Made by a program: the position numbers and the translations under genes
In this document: one piece after another, positions 24,733 through 35,964 of the stretch
Numbering within the stretch: the stretch's first letter is position 1
Layout: each line of letters begins with the position of its first letter
Notes under the pieces: model-generated
Databases searched by the model: none
What the model saw: the letters and a program-made list of their open reading frames with translations, nothing else
What the model was told of the DNA's origin: nothing
From: Hemiscyllium ocellatum
Taxonomy: Eukaryota
DNA: 44,669 nt
Direction of reading: 5' to 3'
Assembly: GCF_020745735.1 (NCBI RefSeq)
Contig: NW_026868439.1
Location: 1-44,669 of the forward strand

Positions 24733-25600
24733 CAAACTTGATGTCAATTATAACACTATCCTGCAGACCACGTGGTCTCTCCAGGTATGTAAACTACTAT
24801 CTCATGGCAGAAGCCGTGTTTACTTTCTTTTGTCATCATCACTGGGTGCATCATCAATTGTATCAACCACATCTACTTTGTTTACAGAGTACTCTCCACT
24901 ACCTCTGTACGCAGGCCGAGCATAATCCTGCTTCGCTGCAATCGAGAGAGCTCAGTATGTCTGTCTGTAGCCTTCACTGTCGAACATTTTGTGTCCATTT
25001 GTATCTCATGCCTGAAGAGCAGATACTACATCGAGACAATTACATCGCTGGACATTAGAATGGTCTATATCCTGAGATGTGTCAAAAACACCCCTATATG
25101 TTCTGGATAGTGCATTCTCTTTGTGTGACATTAAATTCAACTTTTATACTTTACACAGCAGGCAGACCTATGATTAGATGGAATGCATTTTAAACCCCTT
25201 TGTACGTTTTCTGCTTAATCTGCTACTTACTGTCTTGACTGTATGACATACCTAGCCGCCAGCAAAGCCCGCAAGATATTTAAAAATGTTGTGTGCAGCA
25301 GGGATAGAAAGTCGCAGGAGATTCGTCACCCTGCTCTTACTATCTCAGTCAGCTTCCTACTGCTGTTGGTCACTGAAGTGGGATATTTACTTCTCCTGCG
25401 GTGTAAAGGTGATATAGACTTCAACTGCCTGGATTTCCAAAATGTAGACTGCATCCTGAAAGAGATGAATTACATGTTCCAGCTACTTAATCCCCACAAC
25501 AACATATTCATCTACGCAATATCTCAGCATCCGTTCCACGACGAGCTCAAAATACTGATGTATTACTTCACCACATTCAGCAAATTTTTAGTGAAACTTC
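24733..25600 (+). pseudogene. Second, heavily decayed GPR139/GPR142-like GPCR copy (exon 2)
   Basis: Acceptor ctcacag|CAAAC at 24732/3. Frameshifted pieces ANLMSIITLSCRPRGLSRYVNYYLMAEAV, FVIITGCIINCINHIYF...VAFTVEHFVSIC and ISVSFLLLLVTE...NNIFIYAISQHPFHDELK align colinearly with the 19323-20676 copy. Confidence 0.85.
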
Positions 25601-25686
25601 ACACACTGTTTACTTCCACGCCTGTGTCTCAAAGTGCAGCACTTACTTTTCATTCAGGAAATGGTCAGTTTAAGCTACCTACTTAC

Positions 25687-25736
25687 TTTCCTTCCTTCCT
25701 TCCTTTATTATTTCCTTCTTTCCTTCCTTCCTTCCT
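25687..25736. repeat. (CCTT)n microsatellite
   Basis: tttccttccttccttccttt...tttccttctttccttccttccttcct. Confidence 0.8.
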
Positions 25737-26229
25737 AATTGTTCATGAACGTACTTCTCGATGTCCCAGTAACCTTTCCTCGAAACGGGTGTATGATTTC
25801 CCTTGAAGTGTAAATTTCTCAAATTTGTTCAATCCTGGAAGATCCTCCATTTCCTCACTGTTTGGTAATACATTGTAAACATTTGTCTCCCCTCTGAAAC
25901 CCAAAATGTGTTTTTGCTTAACATAGACAATGATGTAGAATTACCTACTTTCCTTTAAAGTATCGTAATCTTCGAGACAATCTGCGTCACAACAGAATTT
26001 TTAAAAATGAACTACTTTCATTAAAGACAAGTGATATACTGGATAATAGACAGTCTCCGCCCAGACGTTTACAAAAGCCCATATACTCCCATAACTATCT
26101 GTACTACACCTCTTCCCACTCAGTATCGTGCAAGAACGCCATTCCATTCTCCCAATTCCTCTGCCCCCACAGCATCTGCTAGGATAAAGAGACATTCCAC
26201 TGCCAAACATTGCAGATGTCCACCTATTT

Positions 26230-26880
26230 TGAAAAACTCGCTTTTCCTGCTTCTGTCATCCAGATATCCTTCCACCACACCTCCTCCTTTCCCCGCTCCA
26301 CTGCTCTAAATCCCACCCTAAATGCAACGGACATAGCGTTCTCCGTGTTCTGACCTTCCACCCCTCCAGTCTCCACATTCAAAATATCACACGTACACAT
26401 TTCCACCAGCTCCAATTTGACCCACCACCAAAATCAACTTCCCCTCCCCACCCCTCTCTGACTTCTATAAAGCTGTCCCATTTGCCAAAGGCTGGTTTGC
26501 GTTGCCATCCCCAACAACACTCAGGTAACTTTCCCTGACTTCAAAATATTTGCAAAACCTTTAGTGTACCCCCATTCGCCTCCATCCAGCGCTTCAAACA
26601 GTCCTTCCAATTAAGTCAAAGGTACAGCTGCCTCTTCTCCACACCACATTACAGTATCCAGTGTTCACGGTGTGGTCTACTCTACGACGGGAAGAGTCCA
26701 ATTATAACCTCAGTTCACATTTCGCCGAGCATGCCGAACTGACCTCCCAGTCACTGCCCATTTTAATTCCCCTTCCCATTCCCTTCCCATATGACCTTCC
26801 TTGGCCTCCTCCACTGCTGCAGCAAATCCGAACGCAAGTTGGAGGAACAAGGAATCATCTTCTGCATATCCAGGGAATGA
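26230..26880 (+). mobile_element. Decayed Penelope-like fragment (same family as 9748-12455, C-terminal/GIY-YIG region)
   Basis: Remnants of the LVLTFHP, FPSPPLS and RCGLLY motifs, colinear with 11500-12100. Confidence 0.65.
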
Positions 26881-28884
26881 ACAAATTAGTAAAGCTGCAG
26901 TGATTAGGAGCAATCTTGTTTGAAATGTTAAGTGATCGACGTTTAAATTCATTATATAGAACGCATAAAATGTTAACAACTAATGCAGAAAATAAGACAA
27001 CTCAAAAACTCGTACACACAAAAACCACTTATTTCGAGACACAGACGCTAGACATACAACCACATGCACACATTTTCATGTAAAGTTAGAGGTACGCGCA
27101 CTACGAGACACAGCTTTTATAAAACACATACTGTTATGGATTTGAAAGCATATACGTACTTTTAAGAGAATGAATGTTGTTTTACATTGGGAGTTTAAAA
27201 GCGCATGACATCTGACAAGATAGCACTCTCAGAGTGCACTGCAAATTTGAAAAAATGCAACATTTGGCAGTGGAATTGATGCATGATTTTTTAGAACAAT
27301 TTGAATTTGACCAATCTGCTTTAATTATGTCTCAGTGTAATAAGGCACAATCGATTTTGAATTTATTGATTTGCCAATATCGAACCAATGACACAATCCG
27401 ATGTTGGGTGGATAAAATTGGCAATTTGACAGTTTGAAATTTAGACAGATCGTAACTGTCATCGACATACACTGCCAGCTAAAACACTAGCTATCAAAGG
27501 CACCCCTTACAAATGAAACATTTTTGCCATCAAATACAGTAGATGACCCAGGGACATCTCCCACAGAAAGAAGTAGGACAGCGGAGATGACAGCCACTGT
27601 TGATTTTGAGATTAAGTTGATGTAATTTTAGTACGGTTGTATTGGAACAGCATATTGTTATAGAGTTGTATGGAGATGAGAATCATGAAAGAGAAAGAAG
27701 GCTTAATGATACAAATAGTTGTTGTTTATTGTTTACTTTTAGAGTTAAACAATGCATTGGTAATCTTTCTTCAAATAGAGAGATTCAGGAGTTCTCCTTA
27801 GTCATACTTTTACAAACTACGAGACAAGGTATGGTCTTCTGGGTGTTTGGTTTAATTAGCAAAAGGCTTACCGCCTTGTCATAAGAATACATTTACATCA
27901 AAATTCCTTCACAGAAAGTCAGGTTAGCATAACATTCAAGCCCTGACACAGACGGAAACCGAACTGAGGAAATAGACAAACACTGAGAAAAGAAACAGCT
28001 AAGAAGAAAAAAACTGCACAAAAGGTCTGAAAAATTATCAGATAAAAAAAACTAGTCATATTCTGAGCTTCGTTTTATTTCGTATTCAAATCAAATTTGC
28101 TCATAAAACATTCAGGACAGATCTCCATCAAAAGCAAATCAAGAAATGAAGAAAAGTAAACTTCAATCTGAAGTTAAAACTAAAGTTAAGCAACCAATAC
28201 TCCTCTTTCCAGCAAAAGTTCATTCCTGATGAGAAACTAGAACTATTCAAAGTGAAAGAAATATGTACAATGCCTATCGGGGCAAGTCAAAATACACACT
28301 TGCTTAAATATCTTGCACTTCCACTCACAGCTGTCAAATGCCTCCACAAATAACATCGAAAATCATATTCTGACAATAATTATTCATGCAAAATAACATA
28401 ATTATTCTAAAGAGCAATGAATACACTAGATAGTATTGTAACCGCATTATAAAGTTATCTTATCAAATATCTAACCGATCAATATTTTTTCATGTTTCAT
28501 CACAGCATAAAATTTTGAACAACATTGTTTTCTTTGCAACATAAGTACAGATCTACGAGTTGCCACAACATCATCTGATGTAATTTAATACGACAATATC
28601 CAATGTAAATTCTTTGAAATCTCTTATTCTCCGAGAGAGTTGAAAGCTGGAAAAAAACATATGGCTCATGGAAGGGAAGAAATTAATTTCATGCAAATTT
28701 ACAAAATAAAAAGAAAAGAACTTACTGCGGATCCATTTCCTACCTGGTGCACCAATAAAGATGAAAATAGGATCGTAACTGTAAATAAGAGCCCATTGCC
28801 TCCTCCACACATTTTTGAAGCGTGATTCCTGAAGCTTCAGACCTTAACTCAGTGACAGATTCAAATCAATTGTAAGTTATTTCA

Positions 28885-31700
28885 GATAGTCAATTTCCGA
28901 TCCAAACCGCTAATCACCCTCAATCCCATGTTCCCGTATTTTGTAATACCCTACCGTTGGAAATCTTCTCAAACGCCTTCATGAAATCCATATGCATCAC
29001 AACACATCAACTGATTTACCCTCATTCTACTGCTTACTCACCTTCTCAACAAACTCAATAAAGTCTATGAGACACGACCTACCCTTCACAAAACTGTTTT
29101 TACTATCCCTAATCAAATTATATCTATCGAGTAGATTATAAATCCGATCTGTTCCGGCCTTTTCCAACACTTTATCCACAATTGGAATAAGGCTCACTGG
29201 TCTGTAATTACCAGGGTTGCCTCTACGCCTCTTTTTGAGTAAGTGATCAACATTTGCTTCTTCCTGTCTTCTGGGACTATTCCTGTAGACAATGACAACA
29301 TAAAGATCCAAGTCAAAAGTTCGTCAATCTCCTCCCTGGCATCCCAGGGAATCCTTGGATAAAATCCATTCGGCACAAGGGGCTTCTTTATTTTCACAGT
29401 TTCCAGAATTGCTCACATCTCTTCTTCGTGAACATCAACTCATCTAGTCTAGTAGTCAATAACACAGTATTGTCCTCCACATCACTATCTTTTCTTCCAG
29501 TGTGAATACTAATGAAATATATTCATTTGGCGTTTTCCCTATCTACTCTGACATGGCATACAATTTACCACTGCTATCCTAGATTGGATCTCATCTTATC
29601 TCGTCATTCTTTAATTCCTAACGTATCTAGTGAAAGCCTTAGGAATTTCCTTGATCCTATCCGTGCCCTCTCGTGGTTCTTCTTCACTCTATCTTTAAGT
29701 CTTTCCTGTCTAAATTCTAATTCACAAGCGCCCCAACTGCGCCCTAAAGTCTCATCCTGACATGAGTATTCATCTTCGTCTTGACAAGAGCTTCAATTTC
29801 TTTGATATACCATGGCTTCCCCGTACGATAACTTCCTCCCTACGTGACAAGTGCACAGCTATCAAGAACACACAGTAGTTATTCCTTGAATAAGCTCCAC
29901 ATTTCAATTCTGCTCATTTCTGGCAATTTCCTTCCTCATCTTATGCATCCTAAATCTTGCCTAATCGCATCACATTTGTCTTTCCCCCAGCTATAACTCT
30001 TGCCCTGTGGTATATACCTATCCCTTTCCATTGCTCAAGCAAACATAATCAAATTGTGGTCATTATCATCAAAGTGCTCACATTCCTCCAAATCAAACAT
30101 CTGGACGACTTCATTACCCAGTACCAATTCCAATACGTACTCGGTCCTTGCATGCCTCTGTACATACTGTGTCAGGAAACCCTCCTACACACTTTGGACA
30201 AAAACTGACCCATCTAAAATACTCAAACTGCAGTATTTCCAAACAATATTTGGAAAGTTAAAGTCCTCCATAACAACTAACATTTGATCCTCGTTCCTAA
30301 CCAAATGATCTTTGCTATCCTTGCCCTATGTCTCTGGAACTGTTGGAGGCCTATAGAAAACTCCAAACTGGGTAACCTCTCTTTTCCTGTTTCTAACATC
30401 AGCCTATTCTACCTTAGTCGAGGAATCTTCAAATGACGTTTCTGCCACCGCAATACTGTCCGTGATTAACAATGCCACACTCCCCATCCACCTCTTTTAC
30501 CATTTTCTCTGGTCTTACTTAAATGTCTAAATCCTGGAGCCTGCAACAACTATTCTTGGCCTTGCTCTACCTATGTCTCCGAAATGGTCACAGCATCCAA
30601 ATCCCTGGCACCGAACCATGCTGTGAATTCACCCACTTTATTCTGGATGCTACTGGTGTTGATGTAGACACTTTTCAAACAAATTTCTTGCTTGCCCGTG
30701 CCCTCTTGCGACTTTAAAATCTTACTTCGAATCTCACCACTGTCAACCACTGTACACTGGAACTATAATTTTGATTCCCATGCCTCTGCTGATTTAGTTT
30801 AAACCCTCCCGAAGACCATTAGAAAATTCCCGCCACAACCCAACCCCTTCACAGATATTGGTACCTCTCTGATTTGGGTGAAACCATCCTGTTTGTAAAG
30901 GCATCACCTACCCGAGGCAACTCTGTATGTTCTTGCTTGAACCTTGCACCTTAGTTCCCTGAATTTCTGACTTAAATCCCATCACTCTTCTTACCTGTGT
31001 GGTTGGTGCCATGTGGACCACGGCTTGGGGCTGCTCCCCAACACCCTCAAGGGTCCCGAGAACACGATCAAACACGTCACGAAATGTGGCACCAGGGAAG
31101 CAACAAACCGGCTGTTATTACCTCTCATTCCCAGAGAATCTCCTGTCAACCCCCAACAATAGATTTGTAAATGACGAATGTTCCGCTCCTCTCCCCATTT
31201 CCCTTGTGAGTAATAAGAACGGACTCTGTGCAAGAGACCTGTCCTCCATTGCTCACGCCTGGAAATTTCCTTCCCCCGCCCTCCCCCCACACCCCCACCT
31301 AAAACAGTACGCAAAATGGTATACTCGTTGTTGAGTGAATCGGCCACTATTAATCCCTTTACTGTCGGCCACTTCCCTTTCCATCAGCTGACCGTAACCC
31401 ATCTACCTTCTTCTTGTACCTGAGATGTAGCTACCTTTCTGTAACTACTCTCGATAACCTACTCCACCTCCTGAATGTTCCGAAGTTCATCCAGCTCTAG
31501 CTTCAGTTCCCCAACGCAGGTTTCGAGGAGATGGAGTTAGGTGCCTTCTGGCAGATGAAGTCAGCATGTATACTGATGATGACCCTTAACTTCCACATTC
31601 TGCAAGAGGAACATTCAACTGCCCTAACCTCCATTCCCACTATTCTAAATACTGTAAATGTCAAACGGCTGAAGTAACCTAGATGTAGAACACATACAAC
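28885..31700 (-). mobile_element. CR1-type LINE retaining its 5' part (ORF1 zinc finger/esterase, endonuclease, start of RT); 3' half lost
   Basis: ORF1 start MEVRAVECSSCRMW at 31634; esterase-like VVH-GTN near 31010; ORF2 pieces PNGFYPRIPWDAREEI, GNPGNYRPVSL, SFVKGRSCL and MDFMKAFEKI; the element ends at ~28885. Confidence 0.85.
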
Positions 31701-32559
31701 GCTTTTAGGATATTTTCTTAGAACAGCTTGTTGTGTATTAGATTGGAAAGCAGGTTTCACTGGACGTGGCAATGTAAAACTAAATGGGACGAAATAATTT
31801 TCTCATAATGAAGAAACCCCTGAAGGATCATTGAACAAATAACTGTTGAACGTTACATTCCGTTTGAGAGCTCCTGCCACTTCACTTTAAACATATTTTG
31901 CTCGTTTCATGGCATGACGGCATGATCTGATCACGAATGCATCGAATTCTAATTGTGGAGTTTTGATTGGGATCTGCTATGTGTTTGCAACGTCGTGAGT
32001 TTCACAAGATTTCATTGTCAGAGTTCAGGGTTGTGCCAAATATTACTTGTTAATTTTCACTTTTCTATTAAATATGGAGTAAAAACCAATTCGTGATTCT
32101 GTCATTCATGTTCCAATTCTCTGTAATGAACCAAAGCGTGAATTTAGAGCATGACAAAGATGCAGGCAATATCTGAACTGGTGTGATTTTTTTTTGTGTT
32201 CAAGCTTTATTTTTATGTGCTATCAATTTCGTCGTTAACAGTTTTACTAACAATTGAATGTTGCACTATTTCCTGTAGCTGCAACAATCATATGGCAGTT
32301 ACATCAACAGTCAGAATAACGTTCATTTAGATCAGTATAATCATTTTAACATCTTCACTGCATCATTACTATTGTTACAGCATTCAAAGCAGAGATTGGG
32401 AGAATGGAGTTTTACTGGGAACAAATACCCAATCGGCCATGAGTTAATGATGAGGATGGAGTACGGAAATATTTTGATTAATACGTCCTGTGTCTAACTG
32501 TCATTCCCGCCAGAAAAGTTCAGTCAATGCGGAGTTAGAAATCCCTGTTTCCTTTCACT

Positions 32560-32800
32560 GTTGATCTAATAAATGACAGAAATGGGCAAGAAGAAGGAAT
32601 CTCTGCGCTAAGAAGTTCAAGATACAGTGAAATAAGCAAATGAAGTCTGAGGGCTGGGAAAATGCCAACATAAAGGAGAGTGGAAGGATTGGGCAGCCCT
32701 TGGTTACTGTTCAATGAGGTGGTGCAAAAACTTATGACTATATGTTGTGAAATCTGTCCACATGCTGCATGTGTTAAACTGCTGAGGAACATATGAAGTG
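32560..32800 (+). mobile_element. Highly decayed CR1-type RT fragment
   Basis: Weak resemblance to the CR1 RT C-terminal region; recognised by eye only. Confidence 0.35.
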
Positions 32801-35800
32801 GAAGTTTGATCAGAGAAAGGCATAAATTATGGAAAACGAGAATGTCAGTGAAATTTCAAATTATTAAACCCTAACCTATGTAAAGGCATATTCCAATGTT
32901 TTCCTCCCATTTTTGTGCCCATTTACTTTTCAATTGATGACTGTTTCCTTTGGACTTTTACCACTGAATCATCTTCCCCTGTCACTTTTAACTTTAATTT
33001 AGATGGATCATTACAGTCAGACTGTAATGAATGAAACTTCCTATCATCTATCTACAGCAAAATCACATTGGTTAGTTTGCAAACAAGCAGGTGCATTCGA
33101 CCGATCAGAAGGCACACTTTTGAATAGACAAAATGTATTTCTGCCTTTCTTTGCTAACAAAGAACGTAACGACGTTTTCCTGCTCAGATGGAAGTCCTTC
33201 ACGTCAAGTACAATGCTAATCTGTAAATTTTCTCAACAACCTGTTCAAACATGTGATTGTACGTTTTCGAGAGGACGTCAAATTTCCTGCCATAGATTTC
33301 CTGATATTATCATCGCATTGTTACAGCTGTTTTCATTATTTTCTAATCAACCTGCTTGAAGTTACTACGCACCTCCGGACTTGACCCAGGAACCGTGTGA
33401 CAAACGCTGTTCCAATAAACACCTGACGCTCACGCTGCTTTGCTATTGACCAGTTTGCTATCTGACTGATACCTCGTACTAACCAATGACTTCCTGGAAG
33501 GGCAAACAAGAACTCCAAGCTCAGTCAGATCAGTCTCATTCTGTCGAGGAAACACCATCGTCCTGTTAGTACCATCGCTTCGCAAAACTTTAGAAATATT
33601 CTTTAATTTACTCTTGAAGGCATCAAGGATGTAGACACTCAAACAAATAGCCAGTGATAATGAAACTTACAAACATTGATTTATAAGACCAGTGCATTAA
33701 TCGCTGAGCTAGGGAACCTGAAATATACAGGCATTTGTCATCAGGGCAATTCTGTCCAGTATAATATAACCAGATACTGTGACAACCCACAAAATGAACT
33801 GTCTGGCCAAGAGTGGTAATACCCCATATTCTAACCGGACAATTCGTACAGTGTGAAGCAGACTGTTCAGTTCGGCGAATACATATTGACACTCTGAAGA
33901 ACATTCCACCCAGATCTCAGCCTTTACATTAACACTGCAACCTAAGTAAGCATGCACACGCCTGGACTCTGAGCAGAAACACTTCCCGGCAGAGAGCAAA
34001 TTTGCATACAGACAGTCGCTTGATTGTGAAATCGAACTCAGACTCGTGGCAGTGTGACGTGGCCGGCTCAGCACTGAGCCACCGTTCAATACAGCTCATG
34101 CCATTATCAGGAGATGTCCAGGTTTAGAGAAAACTATAACCACTGTTGCATTAATTACAAACAAATCTTTCACAGAGCGTAGGGTTTGAAGGATAAACTA
34201 ATATTTATTGGCAACCTCTAACTGCCCTGGAGAAAGTGTTGTTCAGCTGAATTCATGACTGCTGCTATCTTTGTTGTGTTGAGACTCTGGAATGGTTTAC
34301 AAAAGCTGATTCCAACAGTACACTGAACAAATGTTGAAATAGTAACTACAAATCAGTTTAGTGAATGACATAGAATCACTTTGGTCGAAGTGATACATAA
34401 AATCCTTGCATTTTAAAAATGAAATTTTATATCAATAAACAGACAATGAAAGAAAATCAACTCTCTTCGAAATTGAAACTGAATTTCAATCACCTATTTG
34501 ACAAGGGTTTGCATATAAAACGTTGCTTTGCTTTGACTTACTGAACAATGTCCTTCTTTCTGCCTGAGCAAAGTATACTTACTGATTCATAATCGTCAGA
34601 CGTGGGTGAGAGAATGGAACCTGCAACCTCGAAACTTTTCATTTTTTAAATATTAACTTGATTACCATTCACTGTAAAAACAACGTGAGTCGAGGGGAAT
34701 CCTGTTAACAAATGCTCAATGTCAGCAGGGTTTGAAAAGCAGGGTTTAAAATTAACACTCAGATCAAAAACGGATGTGATGTAGAAAAGCATATAAGCAT
34801 TTCAAGCACTCACTCATCTATTTTATTGTCATTTAGCTCCAAAGCTATTGCAGTACGTAGCTACAGAAATCAGATCTCAGGACCATTTTCATTCCCACTG
34901 CAACATCGTTTTCCATCTTCCACACCTTCCATTCGTCTGTCCCGTCCAAAGATTAATATCTGAAGCCAAATGTTGAATATTTGAACAGCTGTATGTGATT
35001 TGAAAATGCGCTTTTGTTCAAGCATTTGCAAACATATGTGTCAAAATGCTTTGACATTAAAGTACAGAAAGTGCAGCTAAATTGACGTTGGCTCTCTGAA
35101 GCGCATTCTAGTCTGACGAAACCTATTTGAATTTCAACCCTCTGTTTGACAATTACTGAGGATGGCAGTTACAGCACAATGCAAATTCAAATGAAAATAA
35201 TGTATTCACCGTGCAGTTGACGGCACTGATGCAGAAATGACATAGACCTCACAGGCTGTGATCGAGCCAAAAGGAGGACGTTTGGGAGAAGGCTCTTGCG
35301 TGCGCAGATATGTGTATTTGCATATGTGTGTGGGTGTGTGTTTCAGAGAACTGCTCACATGTCTGTGGACACAGAAGTCAGGCACTTTTAATGCGTGGCA
35401 TAATGTGTTGCTGCTGTTTTCACGAAGGCATGTTGCAAAACCTCTGAATTAGTCTCCCAAGAAGGGACAAATGCTTACATGAGCAATATGTGCCTAGTCC
35501 TCACGCCACTCTGCCCCCCTCCACAGTCGAATTTTAAATTGTAATGCAAGTGCAAAGTAAATATCATCCAATGTGCTGAGCGGAAGGAACTGAATGGAGA
35601 GATGAGAAGGAAAGGCATTGGAGTCGTTCATTTCCAACAAAACAGGAAATAGAATAGCACAGAAATATTTCTGACTGTTATTCTTACCATATTGGCATCC
35701 TGAACTTACAGAGCGATAAAAATCTGCAAATGTAACTAAAGATTTGTTACTGAGATTCATTTTTTATTACTCAAGACTTTGGTCCTGTGATTCTTCCTGT

Positions 35801-35830
35801 AGAGGTGAATTGTTATGTTCCGAGGTGTGA

Positions 35831-35849
35831 GACCGCCCTCTAGTGACCA
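35831..35849 (-). promoter_or_regulatory. CTCF-type binding motif downstream of the V3 RSS pair
   Basis: TGGTCACTAGAGGGCGGTC; the core CACTAGAGGGCGG (35845-35833) begins exactly 25 nt after the distal nonamer. Confidence 0.72.
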
Positions 35850-35860
35850 CTAATTGGAAG

Positions 35861-35964
35861 TCTGTGAGAGCGTTTTTGTACGGGCCGTGCCATCTGTTTG
35901 CATCAGTGTGGGTCTGTGAGAGCGTTTTTGTACGGGCCGTGCCATCTGTTTGCATCAGTGTGGG
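35861..35964 (-). repeat. Perfect 52-bp tandem duplication containing two complete RSSs
   Basis: 35861-35912 equals 35913-35964, with GTCT microhomology at 35860, 35912 and 35964. Proximal RSS: CACACTG 35962-35956, 24 nt, ACAAAAACG 35931-35923. Distal RSS: 35910-35904, 24 nt, 35879-35871. Confidence 0.97.

Noticed and set aside
33050-33430. Possible decayed minus-strand V (NSV..T, AVTMR**YQ)
   Set aside because: The distance between motifs is ~12 codons too long, there is no polypyrimidine acceptor and no RSS.
33709-34089. 126-aa minus-strand ORF
   Set aside because: No recognisable domain or consistent exon structure; it overlaps the promoter-like motif cluster.
35911-35922. 12-nt stretch between the two V3 RSSs as a D segment
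   Set aside because: Both RSSs face the same way; a D segment needs an inward-facing RSS on its 5' side.
35861-35964. CRISPR-like or minisatellite interpretation of the short repeat
   Set aside because: Only two adjacent copies, no spacers, eukaryotic context; it is a local duplication of the RSS.
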